Shown here piece by piece: positions 1 through 12,420 of a stretch of 64,000 bases of DNA. Position 1 is the first letter of the stretch. The number at the start of each line of letters is the position of its first letter. The notes beneath the pieces were generated by a model. That model saw nothing but the letters and a program-made list of their open reading frames with translations. It was not told the DNA's origin and did not search any database. Position numbers and translations under genes: made by a program. The stretch is from Isurus oxyrinchus (lineage: Eukaryota). Where the stretch lies: contig JANJGN010000013.1 of NCBI GenBank assembly GCA_026770705.1, forward strand, positions 97,216,001 through 97,280,000, written 5' to 3'.

Positions 1-944
1 TGCCTTTTTACTTACTTACCCTTCAATTACTGGTCCTTCATATCATTTAGAGTTATGGGGAAATTCAACAGACTATATACTCTATTCAACAATTAGATAT
101 TGCAACACATTATTTTATAAAAAGTTAATTCTTTATCTGACTGTCAGCATGCTGGGTTTCACTAACTGAGCCACTGAACCGAAGTAAATAATTAACTGGC
201 TTGCACTATCAGAGTTATCAATATTACCACAGATTGCAGTGAGTATTCCCAAGACATCTGATAGATAGTTTCAACATAATAAAATGCATGTATCAAGTAA
301 AGAAATTATAGTTATATTTATATGTCATATCTCAAATGTATACATTACTAAGTGACAACATACACACTATATCCTGAATTAAACAGTTTATATACGAGTG
401 AAATATATATCAAAAGCTGACGTTGCATTTACACTAATACATGACGTAGTGATCAGCTAACCTGACAGTGCAACATGCCCTCAGTACTTTGCTGTACTGT
501 CAGTCTTGATTAGGGATGAACAACAAAATGCTTGCCTAGCCAGCGATGCTCATGCCCTGTGAAAGATTAAAAGAAATGTGCTTTAATCTTTGACTGGGGA
601 TTAATCTGAAACTTTCTAACACAGGGGCAAGAGCTCCACCGCAGAACCAAGCTGCCAATTACACTGAAATTGCACCATGGGGCATGAGTAGTGTGTGATT
701 TGCCCCCACGGTTGACATTTCCCTCCATTTCTCTGAACTTCATTTGCAACATTTGCATATATCACCACCTACTGGTGACCTTTAGTAATTGTATCAGCAA
801 TACTTTGGAAATTCTTTTGTCTTTATTAACAGATACTAGCCCATTTAAAATAAGGCTGTAACAGTAAATTAGCACAGAAAAGAAATTTATATCAACGTTA
901 ATTATAAAAACACTATTTAAAGAGTGAAGTTCAAGGCAAACCAC

Positions 945-2620
945 ACAATATTACACTATGGAAGGAGGCCATTTGGCCCATGATGCCTGTGCCAGCTCTC
1001 TGAAAGAACTATTCAATTAGTCCCAATTTCCGGCATTGTCCCCATAGCTCTGTAATTTTATTACCTCCAAATATTTATTCAATTCTATTTTGAAAGTTAC
1101 TATTGAACTCATCATTCTTTCAGGTATTGCATTCCAGATCATGACAAATTGCACAAACAAAATCTTCAAACATCGCACCCACCCCCACCCCCCACCTCCC
1201 GCAACCCCCCAAGTTCTTCTGCCACTCTTCAGCACCCTAGATCTCTATCTGGTTTTAGCCCTTCTGCCACAGGGAACAATTTCACTTTCTTTCCATGATC
1301 AAAATTATTCATGATTTTGAACACCTCCATCAAATCTTCTCGCAACCCTCTACACACCAACTCCTCCTGTGTGTCCACATAACAGAAATCCCTCTCTGAT
1401 ATAATTGAAGTAATTCTCCTTCTGCACCATTTTCCAAGTCCTTGACATACTTCCTAAAGTGTGGGGACACAGAATTGAACACAGTATTCTAGCTGGGGCC
1501 TAACCAGTGCTATATAAATGTTTAGCAGATCTTCTATCATTCTATACTCTATTCCGCTATGAATGAACTCAACAATTCCAGATGCTTTTGAAACAACCTT
1601 CTCAACTTGTCCTGCCATCTTCAAAGGTTTGTGCACATAAGCTCCCAGCTCCATCTATTCCTGAATCCCCTTTAAAATTATTCCCCTTATTTTATGTATC
1701 CTCTCCTCAGTTTTCCTACCAAAATGTATTACTTCACACTTCTGTGCGTGAAATTCTGTCAGTTATGTGTCTGCCCATTTCACTGGTCTATCGATATTTT
1801 CCTAAGTCTGTTATTTCTCTCCTCATTTGCTATATTCCTCCTGTTTGCTGAATTTCTGCGTTTCATATTATTTTTTTATTGAACACTGACGCACTTTCAT
1901 CCAACTGAAAAGCTACCGTCCCCCCCACTCTCTGCTTTCTGTCCCTTAGCTAATTTTGTATCCATGTTACCACTGTCCTTTTAACCCCTTGGCCTTAATT
2001 TTGCTTACGTATCTATTCTGTCAAACACCTTTTGAAAGAACATTAACACAGCATCAAGTGCACTATCTCCATATTCACCATTACGTTGTCAAAGAACTCC
2101 CTCAAGTTAGTCAAACATGGCTTGCCATAAACAATTCTATGCTGATTTTTATTAATTAGCCCATACTTTTCAAAGTGTTAAAATATTTTGTCCTGGATTA
2201 TTATCTCTAAAAGTTTCCTCACTACTGAGTGATTGGCCTTTGGTTGTCAGGTTTATCCCCTCTCTCTTTTTTGAACATTTGCAATTCTCCAGCCTTCTAG
2301 TCACTTACCCAATATCGAAGGAGGATTGGAATACTGTGACCAGAGTCTTCACAATTTCTCCTTGTTTCCCTCAGTAAACCAGAATGCAATTTATCTAGAC
2401 CAGGTGACTTTTCCACTGGAGTATTCCCAACCTATTAAGTACCTTCTCTTTTTCTATTTTATCCTATCCAATATCTCTATTACATCTTCCTCTACTGCTA
2501 CATTTGGCAGCATCTTCTTCTTTAGTGAAGACAAATGCAAAATACTCATTTAGTATCTCAATCATGCTCTTGGCCTCCACAAGAAGATTTCCTTTTTGGT
2601 CTCTAATCTGTCCAGGCTTC
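945..2620 (-). mobile_element. CR1 LINE, degenerate ORF2 RT plus 3' end (left part of a copy split by a Gypsy insertion)
   Basis: Minus-strand CR1 ORF2 peptides (LVRPQLEYCVQFC at 1454-1654; RDQKGNLLVEAKSMIEILNEYFAFVFTKEED at 2464-2620) and a CR1-like 3' UTR near 945-1100. The reading resumes at 12421. Confidence 0.85.
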
Positions 2621-2834
2621 TGTGATGACTCTATGGAGCAGACTGGTTTTGTCAAGAAACAGTTAACCTTCATCACAGAGACATTTTCAGTGCTTGCACC
2701 CTTGACCAGATCTCCCACTGGAAAGCCCCGCCCCTCGGATTGCCCATGATAAGAGTTCACTGGTTGGAGCCCCTGCAGTATATCACATGACTTTTGATTA
2801 GCAGGAGGGAGTGACTATACATCCAGTTACCATA
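2621..2834 (-). repeat. 3' LTR of Gypsy element 1
   Basis: Starts TGTGATGAC. Direct repeat of 12206-12420 with about 24 differences in ~215 nt by eye. Polypyrimidine run (PPT on - strand) follows. Confidence 0.9.
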
Positions 2835-5375
2835 TTCCACCTCCCCCACCTTTAGTTTTTTACATTGGCCTTTACAGAAAAACAATCCAACAAACATATA
2901 TACAATTTCAGGTGATTATAAGTTAAGTCTCAGGGATGCTCTTCGTAAAAGGCTAGAGCAGCGTAGCTCTTCCACTGGAGGTTCCTCAACAGGATCGACA
3001 GGATCTGGAGCTGCACTGTGAGGCAGAATTGGGTAGTTCAGGAATTGGCAACTCTTCGGAAACACCTGGAATGTCTGTTCCAGGTCAATCACATGCCTCA
3101 GAGGTTGATGGTTCAACAATAGTCACAGGTTGTTCAGTTAATTGTTGGAATATCTCTCTGGCACAGATGTTACCTACATGCTTACGAATGATTCTACCTC
3201 TTGCTTGTACTTGGAAATATAATGAACCAGTCTCTGAAACAATGGCTCCCGGAGACCAGCAGATTCCGCTGCTGAAATTTCACACATATACATGTCACCT
3301 ACACTGAATGTGCGAGCTTTACTGTGCATGTCATGGTTAAATTTCTGATTACTCTGGTTCTGCACTACCTTCCGCTCTAAATTCGGAAACACAAAGTGTT
3401 AACGTGTACGCAGACAGCGTTTCATTAATAACTCTGAGGTTGTTGAACCTGTAGTCAAATGTGGCGTTGTACAATAACTGAAGATAAACCGGGAAAGTTG
3501 AGATTCCAGAGTGTCTTCTGGTAATTTTTTCATACCAGACTTAAGAGTTTGGACAGCCCTTTCAGCTCGATCATTAGATAAGGAATGCCAAGGGGCTGTT
3601 TTAATATGTCGGATTCCATTCAGATCCATACTTTTCTGAAACTGGGTATTGGTAAAGCCTGTACCATTATCAGAAATGACAATTTCAGGTAGACAATAAA
3701 TGCTGAAACAGTGATGTAGCTTCTCAATAGTTATGTTTGACGCTGCCGATTTGACTTCATACACATTCATCCATTTTGAATGTGAATCTACAATTAACAA
3801 GAACATGGTATCTAGAACGGACCTATATAATCAATATGTAGTCAAACCAAGGGTCAACCAGGTCACTCCTATGGATGCAGGGGAATTGAAACAGGCAAAT
3901 TCTGTTGTTGCTGACAATGGAGACAGTGCTTGACATTGCTTTCAATGTTATTGCCAATACCTGACCATCATGCATAGCTTTGGGCAAATATTTTCATTTT
4001 TGTTATGCCTGGATGCGCACTGTGGATCTCTGTGAAGAGTGGTTGTCTACCTTGTGAAGGTAAGACAACTCTCGATCCCCATAACACAATTCTGTCTTGA
4101 AGCTTAACTCTGTGTTTCTGACATGGAATCCTCTCAATTCTTCAGGTACAGGCGAGTTTGGCCATCCTTGCCAAACACAGTCTCTGACTTTTGACAATAG
4201 TGGATCTTTGTTCATCCAATTTCTAATTTGTTTCACACACACGCACGAAGAATCTAAGAAATTCAATAATAGCATTTGTTCTTGTGGAACGGGAGTATTT
4301 ACAATACTATCTGACAACGGGAAGTGACTGAGTGCAAGTACATTTGCAATGTATAGGCCAGGGTGATACATAAAATTATACTCATACACAGATAGTGTCA
4401 GAGTCCAGTGTTGTATTCTTGCTGATGCTATTGGTGGAATGGCCTTACCCTCACTGAATAATCCTGTTAATGGTATATGGTCTGACATAATGGTAAAATG
4501 TTGTCCATGTAGGTACTGGTGAAACTTTCTTGTACCGATTATGACTTTTTCTACCTGAGAATAACCCTTCTCAGCTTGGGAAAGGGTTTTTGAGGCATAG
4601 CCAATGGACCTTTCTAATCTATTTTCCATTTTATGTGATAATACAGCTCCTACACTGTAAGGAGAGACATCACATGTTAATGCCAGCTGTTTTGATGGGT
4701 TATAGTGCAACCAATAAACATTTCTTTGCTTTCACAAAGGCTGCTTCCTGTTGTGAACCCCATGACCAATGGTAGTTCTCTTTTAGCAATGAGTGTAATG
4801 GAGCCAAAACAGTTGATAAGTTGGGTAAGAAGTGGCTGTAATAGCTGATCATATCCAGGAAGAACTTGAGTCCTGTTACATTGGATGGTGATGATTGCCT
4901 GAACTTTATCTTCTACCAGATGCAAACCCATGGCGTCCATCCTGTGACTCAGGTAAGTAACTTCTGATGCTTGAAATGTGCATTTTCCCTTCTTTAACCA
5001 ATAGCCGGCTTCCATGAACATTCTCAGTACCTCCACCAGCCTGGCCAAGTGTTCAGTCTCAGTTGACCCAGTGATGAGAACATCACCTAGGTTTACTACC
5101 ACTTGTGGGAGTTCTTGCTAAAGACTCTCCATTGTTCTCTGGAAAATAGCACATGCAGATGAGACTCCAAAAGGTAGGCGAGTGTACTGATAGAGACATG
5201 TGCGTGTTAATAGTCATGCATTCACTCAACGTGCTATCCAATTTTAATTATTGGTAGGCATGGCTCATATCCAGTATTGTACAGGACTTACCCCCAACCA
5301 GTTTGGCATATAAGTCATCTATAGAATTACCTGGAAAAACTCAGCAGGTCTGGCAGCATCGGCGGAGAAGAAAAG

Positions 5376-5414
5376 AGTTGACGTTTCGAGTCCTCATGAC
5401 CCTTCGACAGAACT
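5376..5414 (-). ncRNA. Minimal hammerhead-ribozyme-like motif in the left Penelope pseudo-LTR
   Basis: Exact reverse complement of 9634-9672. Confidence 0.6.
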
Positions 5415-5798
5415 TGAGTTCGAGTCCAAGAAAGAGTTGAAATATAAGCTGGTTTAAGGTGTGTGTGTGGGGGGGCGGAGAGATAGAGAGAGAGAGAGGT
5501 GGTGGGGGGGGTGTGGTTGTATGGACAAACAAGCAGTGATAGAAGCAGATCATCAAAAAATGTCAACAACAATGGTACAATAGAACACATAGGTGTTAAA
5601 GTTAAAGTTGGTGATATTATCTAAACGAATGTGCTAATTAAGAATGGATGGTAGGGCACTCAAGGTATAACTCTAGTGGGGGTGTTTTTTGTATTTTTTT
5701 TATATAATGGAAATAGGTGGGAAAAGGAAAATCTTTATAAATTATTGGAAAAAAAAGGAAGGGGGAAACAGAAAGGGGGTGGAGATGGGGGAGGGAGC

Positions 5799-7523
5799 TC
5801 ACGACCTAAAGTTGTTGAATTCAATATTCAGTCCGGAAGGCTGTAAGGTGCCTAGTCGGAAGATGAGGTGTTGTTCCTCCAGTTTGCATTGGGCTTCACT
5901 GGAACAATGCAGCAAGCCAAGGACAGACATGTGGGCAAGAGAGCAGGGTGGAGTGTTAAAATGGCAAGCGACAGGGAGGTTTGGGTCATTCTTGCGGACA
6001 GACCGCAGGTGTTCTGCAAAGTGGTCACCCAGTTTACGTTTGGTCTCTCCAATGTAGAGGAGACCACATTGGGAGCAACAAATGCAGTAGACTAAGTTGG
6101 GGGAAATGCAAGTGAAATGCTGCTTCACTTGAAAGGAGTGTTTGGGCCCTTGGACGGTGAGGAGAGAGGAAGTGAAGGGGCAGGTGTTGGATCTTTTGCG
6201 TGGGCATGGGGTGGTGCCATAGGAGGGGGTTGAGGAGTAGGGGTTGATGGAGGAGTGGACCAGGATGTCCCAGAGGGAGCGATCCCTACGGAATGCCGAT
6301 AAGGGGGGTGAAGGGAAGATGTGTTTGGTGGTGGCATCATGCTGGAGTTGGCGGAAATGGCGGAGGATGATCCTTTGAATGCGGAGGCTGGTGGGGTGAT
6401 AAGTGAGGACAAGGGGGACCCTATCATGTTTCTGGGAGGGAGGAGAAGGCGTGAGGACGGATGAGCGGGAGATGGGCCGGACACAGTTGAGGGCCCTGTC
6501 AACGACCGTAGGTGGAAAACCTCGGTTAAAGAAGAAGGAGGACATGTCAGAGGAACCGTTTTTGAAGGTAGCATCATCGGAACAGATGCAACGAAGGCGA
6601 AGGAACTGGGAGAATGGGATGGAGTCTTTACAGGAAGCGGGGTGTGAGGAGCTGTAGTCGTGGTAGCTGTGGGAGTCGGTGGGTTTGTAATGGATATTGG
6701 TGGACAGTCTATCACCAGAGATTGAGACAGAGAGGTCAAGGAAGGGGAGGGAAGTGTCAGAGATGGACCACGTGAAAATGATCAAGGGGTGGAGATTGGA
6801 ATCAAAATTAATAAATTTTTCCAAGTCCCAACGAGAGCATGAAGCAGCACTGAAGTAATCATCGATGTACCGGAGAAAAAGTTGTGGAAGGGAGCCGGAG
6901 AAAGACTGGAACAAGGAATGTTCCACATACCCCATAAAGAGACAGGCATAGCTGGGGCCCATGCGGGTACCCATAGCTACACCTTTTATTTGGAGGAAGT
7001 GAGAGGAGTTGAAGGAGAAATTGTTCAGCGTGAGAACAAGTTCAGCCAGACGGAGGAGAGTAGTGGTGGATGGGGATTGTTCGGGCCTCTGTTCGAGGAA
7101 GAATCTAAGGGCCCTCAGACCATCCTGGTGGGGGCTGGAGGTGTAGAGGGATTGGACGTCCATGGTGAAGAGGAAGCGGTTGGGGCCAGGAAACTGGAAA
7201 TTGTTGATGTGAAGTAAGGTGTCAGAGGAATCACGGATGTAGGTGGGAAGGGACTGGACAAGGGGAGAGAGAAGGGAGTCAAGATAACGAGAAATGAGTT
7301 CTGTGGGGCAGGAGCAAGCTGAGACGATCGGTCTACCGGGGCAGTTCTGTTTGTGGATTTTGGGTAGGAGATAGAAGCACGCCGTCCGAGGTTGGGCGAC
7401 TATCAGGTTGGAAACTGTGGGAGGGAGATCCCCAGAGCAGATGAGGTCAGTGACAGTCCTGGAAACAATGGCTTGATGTTCAGTGGTGGGGTCATGGTCC
7501 AGGGAGAGGTAGGAGGAAGTGTC
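5799..7523 (-). CDS. Penelope-like RT-GIY-YIG ORF, 5'-truncated, open to its natural stop (left arm)
   Basis: Motifs FYLLPKIHK, GRPIVS, DVQSLYT, GVAMGTRMGPSYACLFMG and RYIDD, a Cys-rich linker, and the GIY-YIG segment LVYCICCSQCGLLYIGETKR. Includes the 454-aa ORF 5799-7163. Confidence 0.85.
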   Translation of the reverse strand, partial: DTSSYLSLDHDPTTEHQAIVSRTVTDLICSGDLPPTVSNLIVAQPRTACFYLLPKIHKQNCPGRPIVSACSCPTELISRYLDSLLSPLVQSLPTYIRDSSDTLLHINNFQFPGPNRFLFTMDVQSLYTSSPHQDGLRALRFFLEQRPEQSPSTTTLLRLAELVLTLNNFSFNSSHFLQIKGVAMGTRMGPSYACLFMGYVEHSLFQSFSGSLPQLFLRYIDDYFSAASCSRWDLEKFINFDSNLHPLIIFTWSISDTSLPFLDLSVSISGDRLSTNIHYKPTDSHSYHDYSSSHPASCKDSIPFSQFLRLRCICSDDATFKNGSSDMSSFFFNRGFPPTVVDRALNCVRPISRSSVLTPSPPSQKHDRVPLVLTYHPTSLRIQRIILRHFRQLQHDATTKHIFPSPPLSAFRRDRSLWDILVHSSINPYSSTPSYGTTPCPRKRSNTCPFTSSLLTVQGPKHSFQVKQHFTCISPNLVYCICCSQCGLLYIGETKRKLGDHFAEHLRSVRKNDPNLPVACHFNTPPCSLAHMSVLGLLHCSSEAQCKLEEQHLIFRLGTLQPSGLNIEFNNFRS

Positions 7524-7531
7524 TGCGAGTT

Positions 7532-9256
7532 GACACTTCCTCCTACCTCTCCCTGGACCATGACCCCACCACTGAACATCAAGCCATTGTTTCCAGGACT
7601 GTCACTGACCTCATCTGCTCTGGGGATCTCCCTCCCACAGCTTCCAACCTGATAGTCGCCCAACCTCGGACGGCGCGCTTCTATCTCCTACCCAAAATCC
7701 ACAAACAGAACTGCCCTGGTAGACCGATCGTCTCAGCTTGCTCCTGCCCCACAGAACTCATTTCTCGTTATCTTGACTCCCTTCTCTCTCCCCTTGTCCA
7801 GTCTCTTCCCACCTACATCCGTGATTCCTCTGACACCTTACGTCACATCAACAATTTCCAGTTCCCTGGCCCCAACCGCTTCCTCTTCACCATGGACGTC
7901 CAATCCCTCTACACCTCCAGCCCCCACCAGGATGGTCTGAGGGCCCTTAGCTTCTTCCTCGAACCGAGGCCCGAACAATCCCCATCCACTACTACTCTCC
8001 TCCGTCTGGCTGAACTTGTTCTCACGCTGAACAATTTCTCCTTCAACTCCTCTCACTTCCTCCAAATAAAAGGTGTGGCTATGGGTACCCGCATGGGCCC
8101 CAGCTATGCCTGTCTCTTTATGGGGTATGTGGAACATTCCTTGTTCAAGTCCTACTCCGGCCCCCTTCCACAACTTTTTCTCCGGTACATCGATGATTAC
8201 TTCGGTGCCGCTTCATGCTCTCGTTGGGACTTGGAAAAATGTATTAATTTTGATTCCAATCTCCACCCCTCCATCATTTTCACGTGGTCCATCTCTGACA
8301 CTTCCCTTCCCTTCCTTGACCTCTCTGTCTCAATCTCTGGTGATAGACTGTCTACCAATATCCAGTACAAACCCACCGACTCCCACAGCTACCTCGACTA
8401 CAGCTCCTCACACCCTGCTTACTGTAAGGACTCCATCCCATTCTCCCAGTTCCTTCGCCTTTGTTGCATCTGTTCCGATGATGCTACCTTCAAAAACTGT
8501 TCCTCTGACATAATCTCCTTCTTCCTTAACCGAGGTTTTCCACCTACGGTCGTTGACAGGGCCCTCAACTGTGTCCGGCCCATCTCCCGCGCATCCGCCC
8601 TCACGCCTTCTCCTCCCTCCCAGAAACATGATAGGGTCCCCCTTGTCCTCACTTATCACCCCACCAGCCTCCGCATTCAAAGGATCATCCTCCGCCATTT
8701 CCGCCAACTCCAGCATGATGCCACCACCAAACACGTCTTCCCTTCACCCCCCTTATCGGCATTCCGTAGGGATCGCTCCCTCCGGGACACCCTGGTCCAC
8801 TCCTCCATCACCCCCTGCTCCTCAACCCCCTCCTATGGCACCACCCCATGCCCACGCAAAAGATGTAACACCTGCCCCTTCACTTCCTCTCTCCTCACCG
8901 TCCAAGGGCCCAAACACTCCTTTCAAGTGAAGCAGCATTTCACTTGCATTTCCCCCAACTTAGTCTACTGCATTTGTTGCTCCCAATGTGGTCTCCTCTA
9001 CATTGGAGAGACCAAACGTAAACTGGGTGACCACTTTGCAGAACACCTGCGGTCTGTCTGCAAGAATGACCCAAACCTCCCTGTCGCTTGACATTTTAAC
9101 ACTCCACCCTTCTCTCTTGCCCACATGTCTGTCCTTGGCTTGCTGCATTGTTCCAGTGAAGCCCAACGCAAACTGGAGGAACAACACCTCATCTTCCGAC
9201 TAGGCACCTTACAGCCTTCTGGACTGAATATTGAATTCAACAACTTTAGGTCGTGA
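7532..9256 (+). pseudogene. Penelope-like RT-GIY-YIG ORF, 5'-truncated, premature TGA at 9089-9091 (right arm)
   Basis: Same motifs as the left arm. The 399-aa ORF 7892-9091 stops at PVA* where the left arm reads PVACHFN. Confidence 0.85.
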
Positions 9257-9633
9257 GCTCCCTCCCCCATCTCCACCCCCTTTCTGTTTCCCCCTTCCTT
9301 TTTTCTCCAATAAATTATAAAGATTTTCCTTTTCCCACCTGTTTCCATTATATAAAAAAAAAACAAAAAACACCCCCACTAGAGCTATACCTTGAGTGCT
9401 CTACCATCCATTCTTAATTAGCACATTCATTTAGATAATATCACCAACTTTAACTTTAACACCTATGTGTTCTATTGTATCATTGTCGTTGACATCTTTT
9501 GATGATCTGCTTCTATCACTGCTTATTTGTCCATACAACCACACCCCCCCCCACCTCTCTCTCTATCTCTCCGCCCCCCAAACACACACCTTAAACCAGC
9601 TTATATTTCAACTCTTTCTTGGACTCGAACTCA

Positions 9634-9672
9634 AGTTCTGTCGAAGGGTCATGAGGACTCGAAACGTCAACT
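9634..9672 (+). ncRNA. Minimal hammerhead-ribozyme-like motif in the Penelope pseudo-LTR
   Basis: AGTT-CTGTCGA-A-GGGTC(ATGAG)GACTC-GAA-ACGT-C-AACT: stem I AGTT/AACT, stem II GGGTC/GACTC, palindromic ACGT stem III. Core position A6 is U. Confidence 0.6.
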
Positions 9673-9838
9673 CTTTTCTTCTCCGCCGATGCTGCCAGAC
9701 CTGCTGAGTTTTTCCAGGTAATTCTGTTTTTGTTTTGGATTTCCAGCGTCTGCAGTTTTTTTGTTTTTATATAAGTCATCTATCCTTGGGCTGGGGTACT
9801 TATCTAGTTTTGCTGCCTTATTTTCAGTCAATTTATAG

Positions 9839-10655
9839 TATTATGACACAGCCAATGGTGAAGGGAAACTTGAAAGCACTGTCATAACCTATTTTTGCAA
9901 TTTATATATTTTGAGATGGAGGCTTTGAATTCAGTAGTAAGATCACCAAGTCTCAAGAGGTTTTTTTTATAAAACTAAATTAAACATTTATTAGCACAAG
10001 AAAGATTGTAAACACACACATATGTCTACAAAATTACTACTATAGCAACTACAAAAATTCCCTAATTTACCTGAGTCTCAGTTAGACCCCCAGTAAGGCA
10101 ACAGTAAATCTCATAGATTTAAACAAATACCTGGCAAAGCACAACTTGGACAGTCGCATTCAAAATGAGTTTCTTTCAGCCTGGGTCCTTGTAGACAGCA
10201 GCTTGAGGCTTCTCACACTTGTTGAATCTTACACTGCCTCTCCCTTACACACAATCTCCTTTCTCCTTTATACATATCTTTCTCTTTGAATGTAAATTTT
10301 CCGTTGGATCACTAGGCTTTTAATTTTACCTCTTGTAACAATAACATCCTTTCATCCCACCAATTTTATTAGTAAGCTGAAAAAAGAACACATTGCTTGG
10401 CATCTTCGAGTTAGGTGCAATACTTTTGAATGGTTTATTTAAAAATGCAAATTGCCTCCTTAACAACTATGTTTCTAAACTTCCCCATGTTTATCTAATT
10501 AACATTTCAAACCAACTTCTTTCTTTACATCAAAGCCTCTAGATCAGCTGGCTTTAATCCAATTAAGACACACACATAGACACTGACCCTAATAGAGCTC
10601 TATTTTAAAAAAGAATTTCCAATAGCATTATAGATATTAATATTACTTCATGACA
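9839..10655 (-). mobile_element. Solo LTR inserted in the RT of Gypsy element 1
   Basis: Termini TATTATGACA...TCATGACA with 4-bp TSD ATAG (9835-9838 and 10656-10659). Removing it rejoins ICGDY/KLT of the RT. Related to 38982-39752 and 59823-60757. Confidence 0.85.
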
Positions 10656-12205
10656 ATAGTCCCCACAAATGAGTATGGTCTAGTCAGACTTAGCCACTGG
10701 AGCCATGGGTGTGGCCCAATCTGAGAATTGGACAGGTTGGATGATGCCCAGCTTTTCTAACCAGCACAGCTCTGCATCCAACTTTTCTTTCAATGTATAA
10801 GGTACAGGCCTGGTATTAAAGAAATGTGGTGTCGCCTGCGGATCAACATGTAGCATGGCGTACATGCCTTTTAACTTACCTAATTCATCCCGAAAAACCA
10901 TGTTCCATTCCCTTAGAAGATCTGGGATTCCACCTGATGTTAGATGAAATATCTCAGACCAGTAGAGTATTTCTTCTGCAGCTAATCCCAACCTAAAAGG
11001 GTGGGTCCCTCTCTTTTCACTATTATTACAGGCAGTTGGACTGTTTGTCACTTGTAAGAGACTGGGAAAATGGTGATGCCTTTTTATTTGAATGGATTCT
11101 CCTGTGTAAGTTTTTAATTTAGCGGTTGTCAGCTGCAAGTTTATTGGCTGTCTTCCTTCATTAAGGTACCTGAAAGTGTGCTCTCCTACCACCTTATTTG
11201 AGGCACCAGTATCCACCTCCATTGTCAGTGGCTTCTCATTCACTTTTACTGTCATTGTAATAGACTCAGTCTTGACAGCAGTCACATTATACGAGGAGTA
11301 AACATCATGAGCAGCAGCTTCAGCCTTTTCTGTGCCTGTCACTTCTATCATGTTTATTTGCTGTTTTGGAGACTGCTTCAAATTTGTGCGGCTTGCCTAA
11401 CCACTTGACCCTTCTTATGTCAGTAATGACATTCTGCCTCTTTGAACTTACAGGTATCTGCTCCGTGGTCACCTCCACATCTACAGCAATTTTGTCTTGA
11501 AACTGATGATGAAGCATTTCTGTTAGGCTTCTTTGTGTTTCTCATAGTGGCCATTGAATCACGCTTTAATTCAGCTAGCCTGGCTTTTCTTCCACGCTCA
11601 GTGGCAGGTTCCCGCCCAGCATGTGTTGCAAAGCCTCTGAGTCTCTCGCAGCACTTTTCATGGTGATTTTTAGGGCGTGTTTAAAATCGATATTGACCTC
11701 GGCAAGCAATCGGCACTCAATGCCGTCCTCTTTGACGCCACATAACAGTTGGTCCCGCAGCATATCATTTAAAACATCTCCGAGGTTGCAGTATTCCACT
11801 AATTGTTTGCGGTTCACCACATAGGTTGCGATAGACCCTCCCAGGGCACGAACTCTTGAATTAAATTTAGAATGTCTCATTATCATTGACAGTTTTGGTT
11901 GGAAGTGTGCTTTCGCTAGGCCCACTAACTCACTATATGACTTGGAATCGGGCGCGCTCGGGGCAGTCAGATTACGAATCGTGTTATATATTTTACTGCC
12001 ATATACACTCAAGAAAATCGCTTTTAGCTTTTCTTCAGCAGCTATTTCATTTGCTACAAAGTGAAATCTGAGGTCCTTAACATGCTGGCTCCAATCTTCA
12101 ATATTAGCAACACATGGATCGATTCTTCCAAACAGCAGTATGATTGGCGAGTATTATTTTAATTCGAGGCGCAGAGTTGAAGTTGATTTTACCCTCATCG
12201 CCTAA

Positions 12206-12420
12206 TGTGAGGACTCAATGGAGCAGACTGGTTTTGTCAAGGAACAGTTAAGCTTTATCACAGAGACATTTTCAGTGCTTGCAAGCTTGACCAGATCACC
12301 CATTGGAAAAGCCCCGCCCTGCAGATTGCCCATGCTAAGAGCTCACTGGTCGGAGCCCCTGCAGTACATTACATGACCTGTGATTGGCAGGAGGGAGTGA
12401 CTATACCTCCAGTTACCACG
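12206..12420 (-). repeat. 5' LTR of Gypsy element 1
   Basis: Starts TGTGAGGAC, matches 2621-2834, and lies next to a degenerate PBS of the TGGCGACGAGG (tRNA-Ser type) class. Confidence 0.9.

Larger units (their letters stand above)
5323..9768. mobile_element. Palindromic Penelope-like element (Neptune-like RT + GIY-YIG): two 5'-truncated copies joined head-to-head
   Basis: Arms 5323-7523 and 7532-9725 are reverse complements around the 8-nt spacer TGCGAGTT. The whole unit is flanked by the 15-bp TSD ATATAAGTCATCTAT (5308-5322 and 9769-9783), and removing it restores the Gypsy RT motif YPSPRIDDLYAKL. Confidence 0.95.
2621..12420 (-). mobile_element. Full-length but degenerate Gypsy (Mag-like) LTR retrotransposon containing two nested insertions
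   Basis: Paired LTRs at 2621-2834 and 12206-12420, 4-bp TSD CTTC (2617-2620 and 12421-12424), PBS-like AGGCGATGAGGGTAAA next to 12205, PPT at 2835-2847. Minus-strand gag (11575-12012), protease VDTGAS (10680-11381), RT (4677-5300), RNase H (4003-4710) and integrase SDNG..ERAVQTLK (3399-3806). Confidence 0.93.

Noticed and set aside
6125-8930. Pro/Ser/Thr-rich ORFs (204, 146 and 125 aa) that look mucin-like
   Set aside because: They are alternative frames of the C-rich Penelope ORF, duplicated by the palindrome.
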